From the NCBI GenBank assembly GCA_049472315.1, contig JBLIRN010000060.1, positions 1 through 16,498 on the forward strand: a DNA stretch of 16,498 nucleotides, read 5' to 3'. This DNA is from a bacterium (GTDB taxonomy: Bacteria > SZUA-182 > DTGQ01 > JAFGSM01). The translations under genes and the position numbers were made by a program. The stretch's first letter is position 1; each line of letters starts with the position of its first letter. Of the stretch, positions 7,773-15,026 are shown piece by piece. The notes beneath the pieces are model-generated. The model saw only the letters and a list, made by a program, of their open reading frames with translations, searched no databases and was not told the DNA's origin.

Positions 7773-10397
7773 ATGAGCGAAAGGGAAGTCAAGGTCAGCA
7801 CCGGTGTACCGGTCATCGATGAATTGCTCAGCGGTTTGCGATGGGGTGATAATGTGGTGTGGCAGGTTACCAGCGCCCTGGAATACTCCTGGCTTGTCCG
7901 CCCCTTTGTCGACGACGCCGCTGAAAAGGGGATCGACATCATCTACATCCACTTCGATCAATATGCCGTCCCCGAGATATCCCCGAAATGCAAGGTCATT
8001 GAAATCGATCCCACCGAGGGATTCGACTACTTCTATCGCTTTGTCAGGGACGTAATGGAGGTCGCGGGAAAGAGGGTCTATTACGTGTTCGATAATATCT
8101 CCATCCTGGCCAGGCACTGGGGAAGCGACGAGTCCCTGGCCAATTTTTTCCGCACGGTCTGTCCCCGCCTGTTTGAGCTCGATACGATCGCCTATTTCTG
8201 CATCCTGAGGGGAAGCCATAACAATCAAACCATCGCCCGGATCAGGGATACCACCCAGGTGTTGATCGACTTCTATGTGCAGAGCGGCCAGTCACACATC
8301 CGGCCCATCAAGGTATGGGATCGATATTCCCCGACCATGTTCGAGACCTATATACTCATGTCCTCCCTGGGCCAGGACCCCGAGGGGCCGTGGGACGTGA
8401 TCGAAGGGCTTCCCAAGCGGATAGCCGATCAGGCCCCGCCGAAATCCGAGTACCTGAAGCCGATCGAGACATTGATTCATCACATGAAGGCCAGGGCATG
8501 CTGGTCGCGGGCCAATTGCGAGGCCCTGCGCATGGAGCTGATCAAGACCCTGATCAGCGAGCGTTCCGAGTATTTTCAGATAGCACGCGAATATTTTACC
8601 CTGGAGGACATCGAGGCGATTCACAACCGGTTGGTGGGTTCGGGTCGAATCGGGGGCAAGGCGGCCGGGATGCTCCTGGCGCGCAAGATCCTGCAGCAGG
8701 CGGTGGAGAAGGACATGCCCGAGCTCAAGGAGGTGCTCCAGGAGCACGATTCATACTACATCGGATCGGATGTCTTTTTTGAATTCCTGCTCGACAATGA
8801 CCTGCTCTACCTTTTGAGCCAGCAATACAAGAACAGGGACGAGATCGTCTCCGAGTATCCCAAGCTCAGAAAGCTGTTCCTGGAGGGGTCGTTCCGTCCG
8901 GAAACCCTGTCCCAGTTGAAAACGGTGCTGGAGCATTTCGGCACCCAACCGGTCATCGTCCGCTCCTCCAGCCTCCTCGAGGACAACTTCGGCTATGCGT
9001 TCGCAGGCAAATACGAGAGCGTCTTTTGCACCAATCAGGGCGAATTCAAGGATCGTTTCCACGATTTTCAGAATGCCATAAAGATGGTTTACAGCAGCGT
9101 GCTGAAGCCCGATGCCCTCCTGTACCGCATCAAACACAAATTGATCTATACCGATGAGCAGATGGGAATACTGGTGATGCGGGTGGAGGGACGGCAGGTG
9201 GATGATACACTGATGCCCATAATCGCCGGGGTCGGTTTTTCCCGCAATTTCCACCCCTGGTCGCCCCGCATCAACACCGATCAGGGCCTGCTCAGGATCG
9301 TCTTCGGCCTGGGCACCAGGGCGGTGGACCGGGTGGGCAACGATTACCCCAGAATGATTGCGTTGAGTCATCCCACCATCAGGCCGGTGCTGTATGAATC
9401 GGAGATACGGCACTATTCCCAGCATGCGGTCGACCTGATAGATCTTGCCTCCAACAAGTTCCAGTCACTTGCGGTGGAGGAGGTGACCGACCGTGAGCAC
9501 CTTCCGGTGTACAAATATCTTTTTTCCATCCATAAGGACGGAACCATTGCCGAGCCTGTCAGCTCCATGCAGTTCAAGGCCGCCGATGCAAAGGTCCTCA
9601 CCTTTAACAACCTCATCAAGAAGACCCCCTTTGCATCCATTATGGACAAGATCCTGCGAACATTGGAAAGAGGGTACGGCATCCCTGTGGACATCGAATT
9701 CGTGGCGGACGTGACCGACAAGGGCCGGATAGAGATCAACCTGTTGCAGTGCAGACCCCTGAGCGAGGTTCGCGATCAGGAGAACGTGACCCTGCCCGAG
9801 CACGTGGAGCCCAAGGATGTCCTCTTCCAGACGGACAGTTGCGTAAACACCGCCCTGGTGGACAACATCCGTTATATCGTCTATGTGGACAGCGACGGGT
9901 ATCATGATCTGTCAACCGATGAGAAATATCAGGTGGGCCGGGCCATAGGGCGCATCAACGGCATCCTGGAAAGGGCCGAAAAGAGCTACATCCTGATCGG
10001 ACCGGGCCGGTGGGGAAGCAATAATATCGATCTGGGCGTGAACGTCAGCTACGCCGATATTGACGCCTCGTCGGTCATCGTGGAGGTTGCCAAGACGTCC
10101 GGCGGATATGTGCCCGAGGTATCCTACGGCACCCATTTTTTCCAGGACCTGGTGGAAGACCGCATCTATTATCTGGCGGTATTTCCGGGGCTTCCCGATA
10201 ATGTGCTCAATGAGGATTTCTTGCGTTCGGCACCCAATGCCTTCGGGGAAATGGCGCCTCAGTACTTGAAGCTCTCGCAGATCGTGCGGGTCATCAAGTG
10301 GGAGAAGGACAATGCGTGCCTGCGGCTGGTCATGGATCGGGAGAAGAACCGGGCCATCTGCTTCAGCGTTCCCAGTAATCCGGACGCCCGCATCTGA
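7773..10397 (+). CDS. PPDK_N ('PEP/pyruvate-binding domain') protein: degenerate KaiC/RecA-like N-terminus, PEP-synthase-type ATP-grasp domain and probable His-swivel domain
   Basis: ATP-grasp motifs IGGKAAG, PVIVRSSSLLED, AFAGKYES, AGVGFS, VFGLG, DIEF and LLQCRP. N-terminal STGVPVIDELL and VYYVFDNIS. C-terminal GPGRWGS and SYGTHFFQDLVE. Confidence 0.85.
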   Translation: MSEREVKVSTGVPVIDELLSGLRWGDNVVWQVTSALEYSWLVRPFVDDAAEKGIDIIYIHFDQYAVPEISPKCKVIEIDPTEGFDYFYRFVRDVMEVAGKRVYYVFDNISILARHWGSDESLANFFRTVCPRLFELDTIAYFCILRGSHNNQTIARIRDTTQVLIDFYVQSGQSHIRPIKVWDRYSPTMFETYILMSSLGQDPEGPWDVIEGLPKRIADQAPPKSEYLKPIETLIHHMKARACWSRANCEALRMELIKTLISERSEYFQIAREYFTLEDIEAIHNRLVGSGRIGGKAAGMLLARKILQQAVEKDMPELKEVLQEHDSYYIGSDVFFEFLLDNDLLYLLSQQYKNRDEIVSEYPKLRKLFLEGSFRPETLSQLKTVLEHFGTQPVIVRSSSLLEDNFGYAFAGKYESVFCTNQGEFKDRFHDFQNAIKMVYSSVLKPDALLYRIKHKLIYTDEQMGILVMRVEGRQVDDTLMPIIAGVGFSRNFHPWSPRINTDQGLLRIVFGLGTRAVDRVGNDYPRMIALSHPTIRPVLYESEIRHYSQHAVDLIDLASNKFQSLAVEEVTDREHLPVYKYLFSIHKDGTIAEPVSSMQFKAADAKVLTFNNLIKKTPFASIMDKILRTLERGYGIPVDIEFVADVTDKGRIEINLLQCRPLSEVRDQENVTLPEHVEPKDVLFQTDSCVNTALVDNIRYIVYVDSDGYHDLSTDEKYQVGRAIGRINGILERAEKSYILIGPGRWGSNNIDLGVNVSYADIDASSVIVEVAKTSGGYVPEVSYGTHFFQDLVEDRIYYLAVFPGLPDNVLNEDFLRSAPNAFGEMAPQYLKLSQIVRVIKWEKDNACLRLVMDREKNRAICFSVPSNPDARI

Positions 10398-10632
10398 GGC
10401 ACACTCAATGCAATCCACCCCGCTATTGGTGCGCCTGGATTTCTCATATTTGGGCTTGTTTTTAAGTATCTCTATATGATTTCCATGAGTCCTTTCATTC
10501 TTCTCGTATCATTAACTATCCTTCTTTTCATGTTCTGATATTTCCCTCGAATATTTGTTTTGACAAATACACACCCGGTCTATATTCCGCACCCACAAAG
10601 AAAATTCCTCTATTTATCAAGAGATCTTCTGA

Positions 10633-10686
10633 CAGGCAATTGCTTTTCTGGGCAAAAAAATAGGCAGGGTTTTCAATTTTTGTCAA
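10633..10686 (+). repeat. Direct repeat copy 1 flanking the second TA module (degenerate promoter copy)
   Basis: 47/54 identical to 11360-11413 by hand alignment. Confidence 0.85.
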
Positions 10687-10825
10687 TACAAATGTTCAGG
10701 TAGAATTTATATGAAAGTTCTCAACTAATCATTTGTTTTTATGAACTTTCAACCTTCGTTGTGATCGCAAGATCATGGCGGTTTAGCAGATGGTGAAGCG
10801 GGGGTATCCGATTAAGGCTTCTCTA

Positions 10826-11089
10826 TCATCCGAAAAACCGCTCGTAATCGTCGTGGCTACCCACCCAGAACCATGTCACCATGTCCTCTTCAAGAATCCC
10901 CAATGCTCTGTATCCCAGTGTCACACGGACTGCCCAGATTCTCTCAGCTTGGTTGATACATTTGAAACGTAACGATGGGTGGAACGGGTCCTCCGCCCAT
11001 AGGCGATATGCCTTCTTTACCCTATCCTTGATGTTTCGATCAAGATTGCGGTACCGCTCCCAGAAGGATGGCAGGGTCGCTGAATTCAT
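10826..11089 (-). CDS. Type II toxin, RelE/ParE superfamily
   Basis: 87 aa with the pattern FWERYRNL...KAYRLWAEDPFHPSLRFK...WAVRVTLGYRALG...WFWVGSHDDYE. ATGA overlap with the upstream small gene. Confidence 0.85.
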   Translation of the reverse strand: MNSATLPSFWERYRNLDRNIKDRVKKAYRLWAEDPFHPSLRFKCINQAERIWAVRVTLGYRALGILEEDMVTWFWVGSHDDYERFFG

Positions 11090-11316
11090 AACTTTTCCGG
11101 GTCAAGAGGGGTTGCCTTACCTTCGGCGATCTCTTTCCGGGCCTGCCGAGCGGCAGCGACCAACTTGCTTTGTGACTTGGAGAAAGATTCGCTCCACTTC
11201 CTCTCTTCCCGGATGTCCTCAATGTAGTCTCTCATGTGCTCGAGAACTCGCTCCTGAAGCTCTTCCGGAAGTGTCTCGATCATTTTCGTCATCGTCGTGG
11301 TTATTGCTGATGCCAT
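11086..11316 (-). CDS. Putative cognate antitoxin
   Basis: 76-aa charged helical protein with an AGGAG SD. Translationally coupled upstream of the toxin. C-terminal ARKEIAEGKATPLD is typical of such antitoxins. Confidence 0.75.
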   Translation of the reverse strand: MASAITTTMTKMIETLPEELQERVLEHMRDYIEDIREERKWSESFSKSQSKLVAAARQARKEIAEGKATPLDPEKL

Positions 11317-11359
11317 TATATGTTCTCCTTGAGACGGGGTTGACCCGTCATTTTATGAC

Positions 11360-11413
11360 CAGGCAATCGCTTTTCTGGATAAAATTATAGGCAGGATTTT
11401 CAATTTCTGTCAA
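11360..11413 (-). promoter_or_regulatory. Sigma70 promoter of the TA operon, contained in direct repeat copy 2
   Basis: Minus strand: TTGACA (11413-11408), 18 nt, TATAAT (11389-11384). Confidence 0.75.
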
Positions 11414-11929
11414 GGAAACTATTTAAATAGAATTATTGGAGGGAAAATGATACGCGCCCCTTGTCAAAATTCCATTCGACTACAAAATGATCCTAACTCA
11501 AGGTGATTTTGCAGATGATTAATTGGTCAAAGTTGGTGGCGTGGAATGGGAGGTACTGCTTTTTTCAAGGGTATGCGTTCTCTTGCCGGGGATTGGCGAT
11601 TGTTTGGATCGAGGGCTGGGGATCATTTCCTTATTCTTGATACGGAACCAAGCTGAGAAAAAGGCAGTGGCCTTAAATCTTCCTAACCTTGAGATAGGGA
11701 TTATGTCCCCGAATGTTGCATGGTAAGTAGTCAAGAGATGTATTGAAACCGGCAGAGAATATGATTCTCTCAGCCGGTTTTTTGGGTAAAAACCATAATT
11801 TAGAAAGACGGGAGTTTTGCACCCTGAGCCAATAGTAGCCAGTATGCATCTATAGGGCAACTATACTGTTTCTTTATTGCTACGATACGTTTTTCTTCCT
11901 TCCTGCGATCCCGTATTGAAACGTTTATA

Positions 11930-11985
11930 TCTCAATATGTTATATATGTATCCCGCACCATGACCGGACTGGCATAATGAATGCT
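11930..11985 (+). promoter_or_regulatory. Candidate sigma54 (-24/-12) promoter with an upstream IHF-like site
   Basis: TGGCATAATGAATGCT (11970-11985) has GG-N10-GC. TCTCAATATGTTA (11930-11942) is one mismatch from WATCAANNNNTTR. Confidence 0.6.
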
Positions 11986-12101
11986 ACTCCTTATTGAAGA
12001 ATTGATGACGTGCTGTCATCAAAGACATTTACGGGAGAAAAAGGCACTAACAAAGGCTTTCAATTGTTGGATGCCTTTATCAGGGAAAGGAGGTGAACAA
12101 G

Positions 12102-12509
12102 ATGCCCTATGGTGACGGTACAGGACCAGCAGGACAAGGACCGATGACCGGTCGTGGTGCAGGCTACTGCGCAGGATACGGCGCACCCGGCTACGCCAAT
12201 CCCATCCCTGGAAGGGGATTTTGGGGGCGGGGCGGCAGAGGCCGCGGTTTTTGGGGCCGCGGGGGAGGCCGCGGCTTTCGCCACCAGTATTATGCCACAG
12301 GTCTGCCGGGTTGGGCCAGAGCCGGTTATGGCCGGTTGGCCTGGGGGGGGCCGGCGGTCTACCCCCCTCCCGGGGCCGCCTATTCAGGTCCGGATAAGGA
12401 GCAGGAGTTGCAGATGCTCAAGGATCAGGCGGATTACTTTACAGAGGCCCTGGACGGGATCAAAAAGAGAATCGATGAACTTGAGTCGAAAACCGGGGAG
12501 AATGAATAG
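12102..12509 (+). CDS. DUF5320-family Gly/Arg-rich protein, 135 aa
   Basis: MPYGDGTGPAGQGPMTGRGAGYCAG signature, GRG repeats, YYATGLPGWAR and a C-terminal coiled coil. AGGAGGTG SD precedes the ATG at 12102. Confidence 0.88.
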   Translation: MPYGDGTGPAGQGPMTGRGAGYCAGYGAPGYANPIPGRGFWGRGGRGRGFWGRGGGRGFRHQYYATGLPGWARAGYGRLAWGGPAVYPPPGAAYSGPDKEQELQMLKDQADYFTEALDGIKKRIDELESKTGENE

Positions 12510-12529
12510 GCCGTTGGTCCCCCAATAAA

Positions 12530-12588
12530 GGGATGAGCAAGCCTGGGTGATTAAGGCTGGGCATTGTGCCTGACGGCTTGCTCATCCC
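12530..12588. repeat. 14-bp perfect inverted repeat (REP-like or terminator-like)
   Basis: GGGATGAGCAAGCC (12530-12543) pairs with GGCTTGCTCATCCC (12575-12588) across a 31-nt loop. Confidence 0.7.
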
Positions 12589-12783
12589 CCATGTTCTCCG
12601 ACTAAAATCTTTTGGGTGCTTTCGTTAGAGGCGAAGGATTCAAAGGGGTTTCAGGATCCGTACGGTGCTTTCAAGCGAGGTGACCCTCGATCATGCCCCC
12701 TGTTATCTGTAGGTTGCCTCCGGTATCCGGTAGAAGGGATAAAGGTAGGGCAGCAAAAATAGATCCTCAGAAATGCACGGGTT

Positions 12784-13110
12784 GTGGGGTTTGTGCGGAT
12801 GGCCATTCCGATCCTGGGGGTGGTGGAAAATATGAGCGGTTTTGTATGCCCTCATTGCGGCAAGGTCTCTGAGATCTTTAAGACCGGGGGTGGCGAAAGG
12901 ATGTCCCATGAGATGGGCGTCCGCTTTCTGGGGAGGGTGCCCATCGATCCTCAGATCGTCGAGGCATCCGATGCGGGCAAGCCTTACATGTATCATTATG
13001 CCCGGACAGAGACCGCCAAGGCCTTCAGCCGGGTGATACAACCGATCATGGGTCGAGAGTCTTCCGTGACGTCGTCAGAAAACGGCCATAATGTGGCTGA
13101 TGAATCATAA
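12784..13110 (+). pseudogene. mrp: C-terminal fragment of an Mrp/NBP35 (ApbC) Fe-S carrier ATPase
   Basis: IPILGVVENMSGFVCPHCG..IFKTGGG..FLGRVPIDP..DAGKP is diagnostic. An in-frame TAG lies at 12760 and no GKGGVGKS P-loop region was seen upstream. Confidence 0.85.
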
Positions 13111-13156
13111 AGACCGGTGAAGGACCATCGTGCAGGATACCTGATCTCAGGTGAAT

Positions 13157-13359
13157 ATGGGTCCGATCATTGAAGATTCGTCTCGAAAATACGGTTCTAT
13201 TTTCGGAACAAACCCTCATGCCGCTTTGGCGGCGCCACGAAGGATGAAAATGTCATTCTATTTTCGAAACAAACGCTCATGCCACATTGTGGCACCACGA
13301 GGAATGAAAATATGGTTCTATTTTCGAAGCAAAAACTGTCAATTCAAGACCTGGCCCCA
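13157..13359 (+). mobile_element. MITE/REP-like element copy L: tandem ~60-bp hairpin units plus terminal motif
   Basis: GAAAAT-anchored units start at 13185, 13246 and 13306. Ends in GCAAAAACTGTCAATTCAAGACCTGGCCCCA. The left terminus is degenerate and uncertain. Confidence 0.65.
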
Positions 13360-13372
13360 AGCATTCCCGATG

Positions 13373-13786
13373 TTAATGTCTTTCTTCACGATAGCTCCGT
13401 TTAACCAGATAATATCCGATGGACAATGCAATGATCATAACACCGGTTCCCATGAGCGTCGCGCTTGTGATACGTTTTATATCCATGATAATCATCCTGC
13501 GGGCGATTGCGATAATGGCCACCATGAGCACCACCTCCGCATGAACCACGTTCTCCTGGATATATGCCTTGACCGTGTCGAGCAACTCGATTCCGATCAG
13601 TATCAGTAAGAAAAGACCAAAAATTTCAAGAAATTGGTCTATTTTGAGGAGGGCAAGCGGAGGTGCCATCATACCCTTTGTGACACTCCATGCCAGTTCT
13701 ATCACGGATAAAACCACGACAATGGCCATTAAAAACATGAGTAAAAAGATAACGATCCGTTCAATTTTTTTCAAATAATTCAACAT
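13373..13786 (-). CDS. Phosphate-starvation-inducible PsiE-family membrane protein
   Basis: Four hydrophobic segments with FGLFLLILIGIELLDTVKAY and VVLMVAIIAIARRMIIMD motifs; GGGG SD. Confidence 0.88.
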   Translation of the reverse strand: MLNYLKKIERIVIFLLMFLMAIVVVLSVIELAWSVTKGMMAPPLALLKIDQFLEIFGLFLLILIGIELLDTVKAYIQENVVHAEVVLMVAIIAIARRMIIMDIKRITSATLMGTGVMIIALSIGYYLVKRSYREERH

Positions 13787-13930
13787 GTTTTCCCCCTATG
13801 ATAGGTTAAATGTGCAATCCAGGATTTAAAAGCCCATTTTCTCGCAATTGCCTTTATATAATCCCTATATCGTCTTATCCTGCAAAATTCATTTCTATGC
13901 AAATTGATACATTGTCTTGAAAATAGTATT

Positions 13931-14213
13931 ATGGGGTCAGGACTTGAATTGACAGTTTTTGCTCTGAAAGTATCACATATCCTATTGAAAATTATATTTT
14001 CATGCTTTGTGGGCCACAAAGCGGCATGAGGGTTTGTTCCGAAAACATCCTGTATTCATCTGAAAATATGACATTTTCATTCTTCGTGGCGCCGCTAAAG
14101 CGGCATGAGTGTTTGTCTCGAAAATAAACCTATTGTTTATTTTATGTTTCGTGGCGCCCGAAAGGGTATGAGGGTTTGCTGCAAAAAACTGTCATTTCAA
14201 GACCTGACCCCAT
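13931..14213 (-). mobile_element. MITE/REP-like element copy R: ~283 bp, ~30-bp terminal inverted repeats, three internal hairpin units
   Basis: ATGGGGTCAGGACTTGAATTGACAGTTTTTGC (13931-13962) vs GCAAAAAACTGTCATTTCAAGACCTGACCCCAT (14181-14213). Units at 13996-14045, 14073-14125 and 14139-14179. Confidence 0.75.
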
Positions 14214-14262
14214 TTTGATGACCCCATTTTGACATTCCCAGCCGAGGGTACCAAATAGGCAT

Positions 14263-14892
14263 ATGGCAAAAATCGAACCCTTTGAAAAACATACGGGACG
14301 GTATGACGAGTGGTTTACAAAGAACAGATTTGTCTTTGCGTCGGAGCTCAACGCCATAAGGGGACTATTGCCAAAGGCAACAAGGGGGATCGAGATCGGC
14401 GTCGGGACCGGCCGATTCGGGGCACCCTTGGGCATTACGATTGGGATTGAGCCCTCCCGTAAAATGGGAGCAGTTGCCCGGCAAAGAGGGATCCGGGTTA
14501 TTGAGGCCACCGCGGAAAATCTCCCGTTAAAAGACGCGTGTTTTGACGTTGCCTTGATGGTCACGACAATCTGCTTTTTGGACGATATTGAGGCGGCTTT
14601 TAAGGGTGTTCATGACATACTAAGGAATAAAGGGGCGTTCGTCATTGGATTTGTCGACAGGGAGAGCCCTCTGGGTAAGATGTATCAACAAAGAAAGGCA
14701 CAGAGTGTTTTTTATCAAACGGCCACCTTTTATTCCGTGGACGAGGTCGTTTTTTACTTGAAGCAGGCGGGATTCAAGGGATTCGATTTCAGGCAGACCA
14801 TTTTCGGTCTTCTGCCTGCGATCAATACAATCGAGAATAGTAAGGAGGGGTTCGGCGAGGGGTCGTTTGTCGTAATCAAGGCGATAAAATGA
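14263..14892 (+). CDS. Class I SAM-dependent methyltransferase (Methyltransf_11-like)
   Basis: EIGVGTGRF (motif I), GIEPS, AENLPLKDACFD and TICFLDD. Confidence 0.92.
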   Translation: MAKIEPFEKHTGRYDEWFTKNRFVFASELNAIRGLLPKATRGIEIGVGTGRFGAPLGITIGIEPSRKMGAVARQRGIRVIEATAENLPLKDACFDVALMVTTICFLDDIEAAFKGVHDILRNKGAFVIGFVDRESPLGKMYQQRKAQSVFYQTATFYSVDEVVFYLKQAGFKGFDFRQTIFGLLPAINTIENSKEGFGEGSFVVIKAIK

Positions 14893-14910
14893 AGCGGTTG
14901 AAAGGGTAAA

Positions 14911-15021
14911 ATGAAAATCAAACCTGAAGAAATAGAAGAGGCGGTGAAGATCTTACATTTGCCCGAACAGGAATGCTCCAGGAACACAGACGCAAAGGTG
15001 GGAATGGAGACGTCAACATAG
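14911..15021 (+). pseudogene. Possible truncated J-domain protein N-terminus (36 codons)
   Basis: MKIKPEEIEEAVKILHLPE resembles helix I of small J-domain proteins, then diverges with no HPD motif. Starts 19 nt after the methyltransferase stop. Confidence 0.4.
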
Positions 15022-15026
15022 CCCCG

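Noticed and set aside
7773..10397. Annotation as ppsA/ppdK or kaiC
   Set aside because: No C-terminal pyruvate-binding barrel and no Walker A motif.
7677..10418. Several minus-strand ORFs opposite the 874-aa gene
   Set aside because: Antisense shadows with no motifs.
11447..11860. Short ORFs and a TGGTGGCG stretch resembling a reverse tRNA 3' end
   Set aside because: No T-arm (GTTCGA) or cloverleaf. The ORFs lack recognisable motifs; this may be decayed DNA but cannot be supported.
13151..13609. 152-aa ORF with an internal peptide repeat (also 14142-14564 and 13780-14019)
   Set aside because: These are translations of the DNA repeat elements and of antisense strands of real genes.
13185..14179. 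CRISPR array interpretation of the ~60-bp periodic repeats
   Set aside because: Units are similar along their whole length with no unique spacers, occur in both orientations, and no cas genes are present.
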